A stretch of 64,000 nt of DNA from an uncultured Lichenihabitans sp. (lineage in GTDB: Bacteria; Pseudomonadota; Alphaproteobacteria; Rhizobiales; Beijerinckiaceae): contig CAXTDZ010000003.1 of assembly GCA_964243035.1 (NCBI GenBank), positions 14,436 through 78,435 of the forward strand. The letters are read 5' to 3'. The stretch's first letter is position 1. Each line of letters opens with the position of its first letter. The translations under genes were made by a program, and so were the position numbers. Shown here one piece after another: positions 41,162 to 50,920 of this stretch. Below the pieces are notes generated by a model. It was not told the origin of the DNA. It saw nothing but the letters and a program-made list of their open reading frames with translations, and searched no databases.

Positions 41162-41270
41162 CCCCGCCTCGCGGGGAGAAGGTGCCCGACAGGGCGGATG
41201 AGGGGTCCTGCACGACGCGCGACCCCACCCTCATTCGTCCTTCGGACACCTTCTCCCGCCCAGGCGGGAG
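41162..41270. repeat. composite intergenic inverted repeat (REP/MITE-like) inside the ABC operon
   Basis: ggagaaggtgcccgacagggcggatgaggg (from 41175) and the reverse complement of ccctcattcgtccttcggacaccttctcc (to 41256) match at 26 of 30 positions. They are flanked by small hairpins ccccgc-ctc-gcgggg (41162-41176) and ctcccgcc-ca-ggcgggag (41253-41270). Confidence 0.6.
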
Positions 41271-41335
41271 AAGGGCACAACCGGCAGGCGCCCGAGTTTT
41301 ACGGGCGCCGCAGCCGCGTCGGGGGGAAAGCGGCG

Positions 41336-42337
41336 TCACAAGCCGAGCGCCACGAGCCGCGCGATGTTGGCCTTGTCGAGCGATTCAAGCTTCTGGGCCT
41401 GGATCAGGCGCTTGTCGGGGTAGACCTTGACGGGGCCCACCTCCACCAGCTCCATGCCATCCCTCGGCTCCTGCCCCGCGGCGAGCATCTTGGCGAGCTG
41501 CACGAAGATCTGTCCCGCGGTCATCGGATTCCAGATGTAGCCGCCGCGGATGGTGGCGTTCATCACCCACTTCTGCCCCTGGCCGGGCGAGAAGCCGCCC
41601 ACCAGCGCGATCGCCTTGGCCTTGCCGCGGTCGTCCAGCACGCGGGCCGCGCCGATCGGGCCCTGCGAGCCGAAGGTCAGGATGCCCTTGAGGTCGGGGT
41701 GGGCGCGGAGCTGGTCCTGGGTGACCTTGATGCTCTCGTCCAGGCTCTCGGCGCAGCCGAAGCGGTCGCCCAGCATGGCCATCTTGGGGTACTTCTGCTT
41801 CTGGTAGGCGATGGCGGCGTCGGCCCAGGCGTTGTGGAGCGGCACCGTCAGCGAGCCCACGTAGGTGACGTACTTGCCTTCCTCGCCCATCTCCTTGGCG
41901 AGCAGGTCCATGTGCTGCTCGCCGTAGGCCGCGATGGTTGTGAGCTCAAAATCCCAGTCGTTGTTCTCCTGGCTGGGCCCCTCGTGCGAGATCACCTTGA
42001 TGCCCGCCGCCTTGGCGCGCCCCAGCACGGGGGCGAGGGCGGGCGAGTCGTTGGGCACCACGCCGATGACGTCGACCTTGCGGGCGATCAGGTCCTCGAT
42101 GGCGCGGACCTGCTGGGCCGCGTCCGCCTGGGTGGGGCCGATCATCCAGGCGTTCACGGCGTCGGCCTTGGCTTGCCTGGCGATGCCGGCGTCCATGGCG
42201 TTGAACCACGGGATGCCGCCGATCTTCACCACGATGCCGGCCTGCGGCTCCTGAGCCGCGAAGGCGGGCAGGCCGAAGGCGCCCGCGGCCACGCCGCCGC
42301 CGAGCGTGCCGATGAGGCTGCGTCGCGTCAGGATCAT
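41336..42337 (-). CDS. sugar ABC transporter periplasmic binding protein (LsrB/RhaS-like family) with Tat-type signal
   Basis: ORF trimmed to ATG 42337 (MILTRRSLIGTLGGGVAAGAFGLPAFA). Type I periplasmic-binding fold, including VDVIGVVPNDSPAL and KVISHEGP. Confidence 0.85.
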   Translation of the reverse strand: MILTRRSLIGTLGGGVAAGAFGLPAFAAQEPQAGIVVKIGGIPWFNAMDAGIARQAKADAVNAWMIGPTQADAAQQVRAIEDLIARKVDVIGVVPNDSPALAPVLGRAKAAGIKVISHEGPSQENNDWDFELTTIAAYGEQHMDLLAKEMGEEGKYVTYVGSLTVPLHNAWADAAIAYQKQKYPKMAMLGDRFGCAESLDESIKVTQDQLRAHPDLKGILTFGSQGPIGAARVLDDRGKAKAIALVGGFSPGQGQKWVMNATIRGGYIWNPMTAGQIFVQLAKMLAAGQEPRDGMELVEVGPVKVYPDKRLIQAQKLESLDKANIARLVALGL

Positions 42338-42360
42338 GATCAAGTCCTCCCTGTTGATTG

Positions 42361-43392
42361 TCAGGCGGCCGCTTCGGTCCGCCCGGGTTGCCGCAGCGTC
42401 GAGCCGCGGAAGGCGATCGCGCAGGCGAGGCGCGCGGTGACCGGTGGTCCGGCCTCGCCCTCCATGCGCCGGACGAGCTGCCGCCACGCCGTCTCGGCGA
42501 GCGCCTCCACGGGCTGCCGCACGGCGGTGACGGGCGGCGACACGAGCCGCATCCACTCGGTCTCGTCGAAGCTCGCGAAGGCGACGTCGCGGCCGGGCGC
42601 GAGGCCCAGTTCGGCCAGGACCTGGAACGCCGCGAGCGAGGTCACGTGGTCGAGGGCGAACAGGGCGTCGGGCCGTCGGCGCCGCCCGAGCCGCGCCAGG
42701 AGCGCGGCGCGGATCGGACCGGGCTCCATCCCGCACTCCAGCATGGCCAGCGCCATGGCGCCGCGGGCGGCCCGGGCACCGTCCCACCGTTCCCGGACGT
42801 TGCTGATGGACAGGCTCGACCCCGCCACGAGCCCGTCGCGCCACCCCGCGCCCGCGAGGTGGGCCGCGACCGCGCCCGCGGCCTCGGCGTTGTCAACCGC
42901 GACCAGGTCGAACCGCGGCGCGTCCGGGATCCGGTCGGCCACCACGATCGGCGGCACGGCGCCGGCCGGCAGGCGATCGGCGAGCCCGCCGTCGCAGGGG
43001 ATGACGATGAGGCCCGCGGGGCGCCACGCGCGGATGGCGCGCAGCCGCTCCCGCTCCTCGGCGGGGTCGTTGGCCGAGCTCACGACCAGCAGGTCGATGC
43101 CGTCGCGGCGGGCCGCGTGCTCCAGCGTCGAGACGAACAGGCCGAACATCGGGTTGGACAGGTCCGGCACGACCAGGCCGGCGAGCGCCCGCTTGCCGGA
43201 GCGCAGGCGGGAGGCGTGGTTGTCGGCCGTGTAGCCCAGCGCGTCGGCGGCCTCCCGCACCCGGGCCGTGATGGCGGGCGACACGCTCAGCTTGCCGTTC
43301 AGCGCGTTGGACACGGTGGCGGGGGACACGCCGGCCGCGTCCGCCACCATCCTGATCGACACCGCCCTGGCGGGCACGGCCGCGCTTCGCAC
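42361..43392 (-). CDS. LacI-family transcriptional regulator
   Basis: SIRMVADAAGVSPATVSNALNGK HTH followed by a periplasmic-binding-like effector domain. Confidence 0.85.
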   Translation of the reverse strand: MRSAAVPARAVSIRMVADAAGVSPATVSNALNGKLSVSPAITARVREAADALGYTADNHASRLRSGKRALAGLVVPDLSNPMFGLFVSTLEHAARRDGIDLLVVSSANDPAEERERLRAIRAWRPAGLIVIPCDGGLADRLPAGAVPPIVVADRIPDAPRFDLVAVDNAEAAGAVAAHLAGAGWRDGLVAGSSLSISNVRERWDGARAARGAMALAMLECGMEPGPIRAALLARLGRRRRPDALFALDHVTSLAAFQVLAELGLAPGRDVAFASFDETEWMRLVSPPVTAVRQPVEALAETAWRQLVRRMEGEAGPPVTARLACAIAFRGSTLRQPGRTEAAA

Positions 43393-43540
43393 CGCTTTCC
43401 ACCCCGATAAATCGTTTTATCGAAGGCTAGACTTCCCCGAAAAGCCTGTCAATCATTCCTGTGCCACGCCTGTACTGGCTTGCATTGCAACGCAGCAAGT
43501 TACGCGTGCGTCGCAACAAACATCGGCCCGGAGTTCGACA

Positions 43541-44434
43541 ATGAACAAGTTGGGAGTGCACGCCTTCGTCTGGGAGAAGGGCTGGAGCCGCGACGAGGCC
43601 GCGCGCGCCATCGCGCGCACGGCGGAGACGGGCTTCGACCTGATCGAGGTTTCGACGCTGGAGCCGCGCTCCGTCGACGTGGAGTTCACCCGCCGCGCGC
43701 TGGAGAAGGCCGGGCTCGGCGCGACCTACTCGCTCGGGCTCGACGCGGACACGGACATCTCGGCCGACGACCGCGACAAGGAGCGGCGCGGCGAGGCCAA
43801 GCTGCGCGACGCGATCGCCATGGCCCGCGACATCGGCGCCACGCACGTGGCGGGCATCCTGTTCTCGGCCTTCCAGAAATACGCCGTGCCGACCACGCCC
43901 GAGGGCGTGAAGCGCTCGGCGGAGGTGCTCCGGCGGGTGGCCGAGGCGGCGGCCGGGAGCGGCATCGTGCTCGGGCTCGAAGTCGTCAACCGCTACGAGA
44001 CCAACGTGCTCAACACCGCCTCGCAGGGCGTGGAGATGTGCAGGCGCATCGGCGCCGCCAACGTCAAGGTCCACCTCGACGTGTACCACATGAACATCGA
44101 GGAATCGGACATCGCGCAGGCCATCATCGAGACCGGCGACCACCTGGGCTACTTCCACACCGGCGACTCGCACCGCGGCTACATGGGCTCGGGCTCGATC
44201 GACCTCGCGGGCGTGTTCCGCGCCCTGGTCAAGGCGGATTACCGCGGCCCCATCACCTTCGAGTCCTTCTCGTCGCGGGTCGTGGGCCAGCCGCTCGAAG
44301 GAATCCTGGGGATCTGGCGCAACCTGTGGGAGGACAGCGTCGACCTCGCGTCCCACGCGCTGATGTACACCAGGGCGCAGATCAAGGCCGCCGAGGAGGC
44401 CCGGCGGCAGTCCGAACGGAGCCGCCTCCCATAG
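43541..44434 (+). CDS. ketose 3-epimerase (D-tagatose/D-psicose 3-epimerase family, xylose-isomerase-like TIM barrel)
   Basis: ORF trimmed to ATG 43541 (MNKLGVHAFVW). Carries LGLEVVNRYETN, KVHLDVYHMNIEE, GYFHTGDSHRGYMG and ITFESF. Confidence 0.85.
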   Translation: MNKLGVHAFVWEKGWSRDEAARAIARTAETGFDLIEVSTLEPRSVDVEFTRRALEKAGLGATYSLGLDADTDISADDRDKERRGEAKLRDAIAMARDIGATHVAGILFSAFQKYAVPTTPEGVKRSAEVLRRVAEAAAGSGIVLGLEVVNRYETNVLNTASQGVEMCRRIGAANVKVHLDVYHMNIEESDIAQAIIETGDHLGYFHTGDSHRGYMGSGSIDLAGVFRALVKADYRGPITFESFSSRVVGQPLEGILGIWRNLWEDSVDLASHALMYTRAQIKAAEEARRQSERSRLP

Positions 44435-44616
44435 CGCGCGTCGGCCGGGCTCGCCCGGCCGGGTCGTCCGCCGCCCGCGCGGTCGCGGGACGGCAGCCCG
44501 GAGCGACCGGCCCCGCTTCGCTTGTGGATCGGGGCGGGGCAGGCCATGATGGGTGCCGGCCGCCGTGCGGCCGGACCAACGGGAAGGGCCACAGAGCCCC
44601 ACGAGGGAGAACGGCG

Positions 44617-45633
44617 ATGCGCCGAACGAAATGGGCCTTTGTAGCCGCGGCCGTGCTCGCGGCGGGCGCGGCCCGCGCCGACACCAAGGACATGCGGATC
44701 GCCTTCTCCAACAACTACGCCGGCAACTCCTGGCGGCAGGCCATGCTGAAGAGCTACGGCGCCGTGACCCAGAAGGCCGTCGACGACAAGGTGATCGCCG
44801 GGGCCGACACGTTCACGACGGCCGACAAGGAGGTGCCGACCCAGGCCGCGCAGCTGCAGAACCTGATCCTGCAGGGCTACAACGCCATCGTGATCAACGC
44901 GGCCTCGCCGGAGGCGCTCAACGGCGCCGTCAAGCAGGCCTGCGACGCCGGCATCGTCGTGGTGTCGTTCGACGGCATCGTGACCGAGCCCTGCGCCTAC
45001 CGCATCCGGGTCGACTACCGCGCGCTCGCGGCCAAGTCGGTCGACTATCTGGCGACGCGCCTGCCGAAGGGTGGCAATTTGCTGGAGATCCGCGGCGTCG
45101 CGGGCACCTCGATCGACGACGACTTCCACAACGGCGTCCTCGACGGCTTGAAGAAGTACCCCCAGTTCAAGGTGGTGAACGCGGTCGAGGGCGACTGGGA
45201 CGAGACCACCGCCCAGAAGGCCGTCTCCACGGTCCTGCCCTCGCTGCCCGAGATCGTCGGCGTCGTCGACCAGGGCGGCGACGGCTACGGCGCGGCCCAG
45301 GCCTTCCAGACCGGCGGCCGCAAGGAGCCGATCATCATCATGGGCAACCGGCAGGACGAGCTCGCCTGGTGGGTTCAGCAGAAGAAGGCCAACGGCTACG
45401 AGACCTGGTCGGCGTCGAGCGCGCCCGGCATGTCGACCCTGGCGTTCTGGGTGGCCCAGCAGGTGCTCGACGGCCGCAAGGACATCCCGCACGACCTCGT
45501 CGACCCCTACCTGGCCTTCACGCAGGCGACCGTCGACGAGGCCCTGCCCCAGGTCCCGGTCGGCGGCGTCGCGACCATCGAGTACAGCGAGGCCGACGCC
45601 AAGAAGATCATCGACGACAATGCCAAGAAGTGA
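44617..45633 (+). CDS. sugar ABC transporter periplasmic binding protein (second system)
   Basis: Tail of ORF 43480..45633 from ATG 44617, preceded by GGGAGA (MRRTKWAFVAAAVLAAGAARA signal). Has the RIAFSNNYAGNSWRQAM periplasmic-binding fold. Confidence 0.85.
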   Translation: MRRTKWAFVAAAVLAAGAARADTKDMRIAFSNNYAGNSWRQAMLKSYGAVTQKAVDDKVIAGADTFTTADKEVPTQAAQLQNLILQGYNAIVINAASPEALNGAVKQACDAGIVVVSFDGIVTEPCAYRIRVDYRALAAKSVDYLATRLPKGGNLLEIRGVAGTSIDDDFHNGVLDGLKKYPQFKVVNAVEGDWDETTAQKAVSTVLPSLPEIVGVVDQGGDGYGAAQAFQTGGRKEPIIIMGNRQDELAWWVQQKKANGYETWSASSAPGMSTLAFWVAQQVLDGRKDIPHDLVDPYLAFTQATVDEALPQVPVGGVATIEYSEADAKKIIDDNAKK

Positions 45634-45673
45634 GCGGTCCGCGCGGCCGCCGCGCGCGTCCGCCTGATCCGCG

Positions 45674-47140
45674 ATGGCCGATCCGTCCACCGTCATCGCG
45701 CTGATCGGCACCGAGAAGTCCTTCGGCGCCGTCCGCGCCCTGGCCGGCGTCGACCTCGCGGTTCGTACCCACGAGTGCGTCGGCCTGGTCGGCCACAACG
45801 GCGCCGGCAAGTCGACGCTCATGCACGTGCTCGCCGGCACGCTCACGCCGGACAAAGCCACCATCGCGGCGGGCGGCACGGCGCTCGCCTCCTACGGGCT
45901 CGAACCCGCGCATCGCCTGGGCGTCCGCTGCGTGTTCCAGGAACTCTCGCTCTGCCCCAACCTGACGGTCGCCGAGAACGCGCGCATCGTGCACCCGTCC
46001 CTGCGCGGCCTCGGCTGGCGGCGGCGGGCCGCGGCGCTGATCCGCGCCAAGCTCGACGAGATCTTTCCCGGCCACGGCATCGCGGCGGACGCGGTCGTCG
46101 GCGACCTGCCGATCGGCAAGCGGCAGATGATCGAGATCGCCCGCGCCTTCACGGTGACCGACGCGCCCGTGAGACTGGTCATCCTGGACGAGCCCACCTC
46201 GTCGCTCGACGGCCACACGGCCGGCCAGCTGTTCGCCTTCCTGCGCGGGTCGGTCCGCGAGGGGCTGAGCTGCGTCCTGATCTCGCACGTGCTCGGCGAG
46301 ATCCTGTCCACGGCCGACCGGGTCGTCGTGATGCGGGACGGCCGGGTGGCGGCGAGCGGCCCGGCGGACGGCTTCGACCGCGACAAGCTGGTGGCCACGA
46401 TGGGCGGGGCCGAGGCGCACGCCCGCGCCCCGTCGCCCGCGACGGGCGCGGCCGCGCCGGACAGGCCGGTGCGGGTCCGCATCCGGCCCGGGCGGCAGCG
46501 CGACGGCCGCGAACTCGTCGCGCGCGAGGGCGAGGTCGTTGGCCTCGCGGGGCTCGCGGCCCACGGCCAGACCGCCCTCCTGCTCGCGGTGTTCGACGCG
46601 GCTGGAACGCGCGCGAAGGGCACCGCCGTCGAGGGCAAGGTCGCGCTCGTCGCCGGTGACCGGCAGACGGACGGCGTGTTCCCGCTCTGGTCCATCGCCG
46701 AGAACATCGGGGTCCGCTCGCTCGGGCGGTTCCGCCGGGGGCTGCTGCTGTCGCGCGAGGCCGAGGACGCGCTCGCGGCGCGCTGGAAGGAGCGGATCAA
46801 GATCCGCACGCCCGACATGCGCAACCCCATCCTGTCGCTGTCGGGCGGCAACCAGCAGAAGGCGCTGTTCGCCCGGGCGCTCGGGTCGGACGCCCGCGTC
46901 GTGCTGATGGACGACCCCATGCGCGGCGTCGACGTCGGCACCAAGCTCGACGTCTACGACCTCGTGCGCGACGAGGCCGCCGGGGGCCGCACCTTCCTGT
47001 GGTACACGACCGAGATGGACGAACTCAGCCACTGCGACCGCGTCTACGTGTTCCGCAACGGCGTCATCGTGGCCGAGCTCGCGCGCCACGAGGTCAGCGA
47101 GGACAGCGTGATCGCGGCCTCCTTCGCCGAGGCCGCCTGA
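45674..47140 (+). CDS. sugar ABC transporter ATP-binding protein (duplicated ATPase)
   Basis: Walker [20 protein letters not shown], and a second half with [15 protein letters not shown] and [10 protein letters not shown]. Confidence 0.9.
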   Translation: MADPSTVIALIGTEKSFGAVRALAGVDLAVRTHECVGLVGHNGAGKSTLMHVLAGTLTPDKATIAAGGTALASYGLEPAHRLGVRCVFQELSLCPNLTVAENARIVHPSLRGLGWRRRAAALIRAKLDEIFPGHGIAADAVVGDLPIGKRQMIEIARAFTVTDAPVRLVILDEPTSSLDGHTAGQLFAFLRGSVREGLSCVLISHVLGEILSTADRVVVMRDGRVAASGPADGFDRDKLVATMGGAEAHARAPSPATGAAAPDRPVRVRIRPGRQRDGRELVAREGEVVGLAGLAAHGQTALLLAVFDAAGTRAKGTAVEGKVALVAGDRQTDGVFPLWSIAENIGVRSLGRFRRGLLLSREAEDALAARWKERIKIRTPDMRNPILSLSGGNQQKALFARALGSDARVVLMDDPMRGVDVGTKLDVYDLVRDEAAGGRTFLWYTTEMDELSHCDRVYVFRNGVIVAELARHEVSEDSVIAASFAEAA

Positions 47141-47142
47141 GC

Positions 47143-48114
47143 GTGAGCGCCGAAGCCGTCGCGAGGCCGGCCGGGGCCAGGTTGCCGCGGCTGCGCCGCG
47201 CGCTGCGCGCCGCGTTGCCGGCCCTGTCGCTCGCCCTCATCCTGCTCGCGATCTGGCGCCTCAACCCGCGCGCCGTCAGCTACTTCGGCCTGAACCTGAT
47301 GCTGAATCTGTCCGTGCCGGTGGCGCTCGCGACCGTCGGGCAGATGTTCGTGATGGCCGGCAACGACCTCGACCTGTCGATCGGCACCTTCGTGGGCTTC
47401 GCGGGCTGCATCACCGCGACGGTGCTGCGCGACAGCCTGCCGCTCGGCCTCCTCGTGTTCGCGGGCTGCATCGGGGCCTACGCGCTGCTCGGCGCGCTGA
47501 TCCACCTGCGCAACCTGCCCTCGATCGTGGTGACGCTCGGCATGTTCTTCGTGTGGCAGGGCCTCGCGATCCTGGTGCTGCCGAAGCCGGGCGGCCACGC
47601 GCCGGACTGGCTGAGCGCGCTCATGGGGCTCAGGACGCCCGTGGTGCCGTTCCCGGTGGTGGCGGCCGTGGTGATCGGCCTCGTCGCCTCCGCAGGCCTC
47701 ATGCGCACCTCCTACGGGGCGGTGCTGCGCGGCGCGGGCGGCAACGCCGTCGCGGTTGAGCGGGCCGGCTGGTCGATGCTCAGGATCAAGATGGCGCTGT
47801 TCGGCCTCGCGGGCTTCTGCGGCGTGCTGGCCGGCATGAGCCTGATCGGCCTCACCACCTCGGCCGACGCCAACCTCGGCAACGGCTACACGCTCCTGTC
47901 GATCGCGGGCGCCATCCTGGGCGGCGGCGAGTTCACGGGCGGCCGCGTGGCGCCGGCCGGCTGCGTCGTGGGCGCGGTCACGCTGACACTGGCGGGCTCG
48001 CTGCTCAACTTCATGCACATCTCGCCCGACTGGCAGGTTGGCGCGCAGGGGGGCATCCTCATCGCGGTGCTGGCCGCGCGCGTGCTGATCAACCGCACGG
48101 GCCGCGCCGCGTGA
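47143..48114 (+). CDS. sugar ABC transporter permease
   Basis: ORF 46999..48114 trimmed to in-frame GTG 47143, just after the ATPase stop. Polytopic, with GNDLDLSIG and GGNAVAVERAG. Confidence 0.8.
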   Translation: MSAEAVARPAGARLPRLRRALRAALPALSLALILLAIWRLNPRAVSYFGLNLMLNLSVPVALATVGQMFVMAGNDLDLSIGTFVGFAGCITATVLRDSLPLGLLVFAGCIGAYALLGALIHLRNLPSIVVTLGMFFVWQGLAILVLPKPGGHAPDWLSALMGLRTPVVPFPVVAAVVIGLVASAGLMRTSYGAVLRGAGGNAVAVERAGWSMLRIKMALFGLAGFCGVLAGMSLIGLTTSADANLGNGYTLLSIAGAILGGGEFTGGRVAPAGCVVGAVTLTLAGSLLNFMHISPDWQVGAQGGILIAVLAARVLINRTGRAA

Positions 48115-49058
48115 CGGCGGCGCGGCGCCTCCTCGCCCAGCCCTCGTTCTGGTCCTTCGCGGGCGCGGCCGGGGTTTGGCTCGCGGCCGTGGCCTACACG
48201 CGCGGCTTCGGCGCGGGCGGCATGGTGTCGGCCTGCATCGCGCTGGGCGCCTTCTCGGTGCTGATCGGCACCGCGCAGATGTTCGTGGTCACGCTCGGGC
48301 CCGGCAACGTCGACCTGTCGCTGCCGGCCAACATCGGGCTCGCGAGCGCGGTCGCCATGAAGGTCATGGGCGGCAGCGACCTGATGATCCCCGTGGGCCT
48401 CGCGGCGGCGCTCGGGTCGGGCCTCGCGATCGGGGTCGCCAACGCCCTGCTGATCCGCCTCCTGCGCATCCCGCCCATCATCGCGACCCTGTCGGCGAGC
48501 TTCGTCATCCAGTCGATCGGCATCAGCTACGGGCGCGGCCTCCAGGTCAAACCGCCGCCGGGCTTCGGCTGGGCCACCACGGTCCAGGTCGGCGGCGTCT
48601 CGCTGCTCGCCCTGGCGGTCGTGGGCTTCTCGGTCGTGACCGGCCTGCTGCTGCACCGGACGGCGTTCGGCCGCTCGGTCGAGGCGATCGGCCAGAACCC
48701 GCGGGCGGCCCGCCTCGCCAACATCCCGGTCGAACGCGTCCGCCTGCTCACCTACGCGCTGAGCGGCCTGCTCGGCGGCCTGGGCGGCGCGCTGCTCGCG
48801 GGCTACTTCCAGGGGTCGTCGCTCGACATCGGCAACGAGTACCTGCTGAGCTCCATCGCGGTGGTGGTGATCGGGGGCACCTCGGTCGCGGGCGGCAGGG
48901 CCAACGTCACGGGCCTGTGGGGCGCCTCGCTGTTCCTCGTCATGCTGCTGACGATGCTGAACACCTACGGGGTCAGCGCCGGCGTCCGGCTCGTCGTCAC
49001 CGGCGCCGTCATCATCGCCGTGATCGTGGCGGCCGGGGGGCGCCGGGCGGCGCGCTGA
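48111..49058 (+). CDS. sugar ABC transporter permease
   Basis: 315-aa polytopic protein whose start overlaps the previous stop by 4 nt. Carries GNVDLSLPA and GQNPRAARLANI. Confidence 0.85.
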   Translation: MTAARRLLAQPSFWSFAGAAGVWLAAVAYTRGFGAGGMVSACIALGAFSVLIGTAQMFVVTLGPGNVDLSLPANIGLASAVAMKVMGGSDLMIPVGLAAALGSGLAIGVANALLIRLLRIPPIIATLSASFVIQSIGISYGRGLQVKPPPGFGWATTVQVGGVSLLALAVVGFSVVTGLLLHRTAFGRSVEAIGQNPRAARLANIPVERVRLLTYALSGLLGGLGGALLAGYFQGSSLDIGNEYLLSSIAVVVIGGTSVAGGRANVTGLWGASLFLVMLLTMLNTYGVSAGVRLVVTGAVIIAVIVAAGGRRAAR

Positions 49059-49231
49059 AGGGTGCCTGGGCAACTGAGCCGGACTGCCCGCACCGGGGGA
49101 GCCGGCCGCGAACGGGACCGTGACGGCGGCAGGCGCCTTTCGGGCCGAAGGCGCCACCTCGCGGTGGACGACCGGGGGCCGTTGCCGTCCCGCACCGGGA
49201 CGGGTCTGGGGGTCACCTCGATCCGCCCGCG

Positions 49232-50137
49232 TCAGGCCGGTTCGAGCAAGCCGAAGATGCTGACGCAGGCGACGGCCGCGAGACCGAGGCCGACCTCGGT
49301 GACGGTCGCTGCGCGGAGCGCGCGAACGGCCTGCCCGCGATCCCGGGGCATCCGGGGCACGACGACGTATCGGTTGAGCACGGCGAGCAGCGCCATGGTG
49401 AGCACGAGCGCGATCTTCGCGGCCAGCAGAGCCTGGTAGGGCGAGGCCGGGTCGACCGGCGGCCGGCCCAGGACGAGGGCCGTGTTGAGCGCCCCCGTGG
49501 CGAGGGCGAGCGCGACCGCGACGTGACCGGCCGTCGAGAACCGCCGCAGGGCGATGCCGGCGTCGGCCCGGCACGCGGGATCGGCCACGGCTCGCAGGAC
49601 GAACAGGAGGGGAACCAGGGATCCGAGCCACGCGCCGGCCGACAGGACGTGGGCGAGGTCGCAGAGCCGGTGGACCACGCCCAGCCATCCCTCGTGCATG
49701 GCCGCGTGGCCGGTGAGCGCGAGGGTGGCGAGCAGCAGCCCCGACGGGGCCGCGGTCGCCGCGAGACCCGCGCGGGCGGGCGCGGCGAGCGACAGGGCGA
49801 GCAGGACCGCCGCCATGCCCTGAGCCTGCCAGGCGTGGCCGACGCTGGTATCCGCCAGCACGGCCCGCAGCGTGGCCGCGTCGAGCGCGTCAACCCAGCC
49901 GTCACCGATGCCCGCGGCTTCGAGCGGCAGGGCCGCGGCGGCGGTCGCGACCGCGAGAACGACGGCGGCGACCCGGAAGGCCCGGAGCCGCGCCCCCGCG
50001 CGCGCCGCGAGGTCGCGCGGGACCAGGGCCGCCAGGTAGGCGAACGCGCCCCACAGCAGCATCGCGGCGGCGTCGTGCGCGAACCGGCAGGCGGCCAGGG
50101 CCGTTTCCGGGCTCACCGTCCGCGACCCCACGCCCAT
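49232..50137 (-). CDS. copD: copper resistance protein CopD family
   Basis: 301 aa with about 8 TM helices (RFAHDAAAMLLWGAFAYL, LTGHAAMHEG) and CopC encoded upstream. The start is uncertain; see the gap finding. Confidence 0.8.
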   Translation of the reverse strand: MGVGSRTVSPETALAACRFAHDAAAMLLWGAFAYLAALVPRDLAARAGARLRAFRVAAVVLAVATAAAALPLEAAGIGDGWVDALDAATLRAVLADTSVGHAWQAQGMAAVLLALSLAAPARAGLAATAAPSGLLLATLALTGHAAMHEGWLGVVHRLCDLAHVLSAGAWLGSLVPLLFVLRAVADPACRADAGIALRRFSTAGHVAVALALATGALNTALVLGRPPVDPASPYQALLAAKIALVLTMALLAVLNRYVVVPRMPRDRGQAVRALRAATVTEVGLGLAAVACVSIFGLLEPA

Positions 50138-50518
50138 CGGCGCGACGCGGCGGGAGCCACCCGCTCGCGACCCGTGCTCACGGCTGCGACGTCGTGCAGC
50201 GCCGTCACCCCGGTCGCTGCCGCGTCGCGCCCGTGCGGCCGCGCGAGGAGCGCCGGGGTGCCCGGCTCGCCGATCGGGGGCAGACGCGGGTTAGTCTGCC
50301 CGTCGACCGGCGACCCGTTGGCATTGGGCATCGGCGGCACCGCGCGGGGGCCGGTCAACCCGGCGACGAGGTTGATCGCCGGCGACGGCGCCGGCGCGGC
50401 GGACGCGTCGGCGGGACGCGTCACTGGCGGGGCGGCCGGGCCGGCGACGGGACAGAGCGTTATCCGCGGCGTCACCGTGCGGGTCCGTCGCGTGCCGGAC
50501 GGCGCGCGCCGTGCGGGG

Positions 50519-50890
50519 TCACGGGATGACGGTGAACGTATAGCGCCCGTTGGTCTTGTGCCCGTCTGTGGCGAGCGCGTGCCAATCAACGGTGTAGGTG
50601 CCGGGCGCGAGAGGTGCCGCGACCGGCACAACCAGAACCGTGTCGCCGGCCTTGCCGAGCGTGGACGCCCCCGTGGGGACCGCGGCTCCACCCGGGCCGG
50701 TCAGCTTGACGCCGGTGAACCTCGGGTTGACCCCTTCGGTGAAGGTCAGGTCGAGTTCGGTCGGCGCGGCCGCCACCGTGCCGTTCGCGGGCGGGGCAGC
50801 CGACTTGAGGTGCGCGTGGGCCAAGGCGGGAGCGGAGGCGGCAACGAGGCCGAGGCCGACGAGGCCGAGGAGGCGTGCGGGGGCTTTCAC
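50519..50890 (-). CDS. copC: copper-binding periplasmic protein CopC
   Basis: 123 aa. The signal peptide ends ALA, followed by HAHLKSAAPPANGTV (mature N-terminal His). Ends YTVDWHALATDGHKTNGRYTFTV. Confidence 0.85.
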   Translation of the reverse strand: MKAPARLLGLVGLGLVAASAPALAHAHLKSAAPPANGTVAAAPTELDLTFTEGVNPRFTGVKLTGPGGAAVPTGASTLGKAGDTVLVVPVAAPLAPGTYTVDWHALATDGHKTNGRYTFTVIP

Positions 50891-50920
50891 GGCGAGTCCT
50901 TTTCAAAATGGATCGGAATC

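Noticed and set aside
35506-42337. Interpretation of the kinase/aldolase/ABC/LsrB-like cluster as an lsr (autoinducer-2 uptake) operon.
   Set aside because: The aldolase is class II (zinc His motifs), not the LsrF type. The regulator is LacI-type, not SorC/LsrR-type. No LsrG-like gene is present. A sugar-catabolic role fits better.
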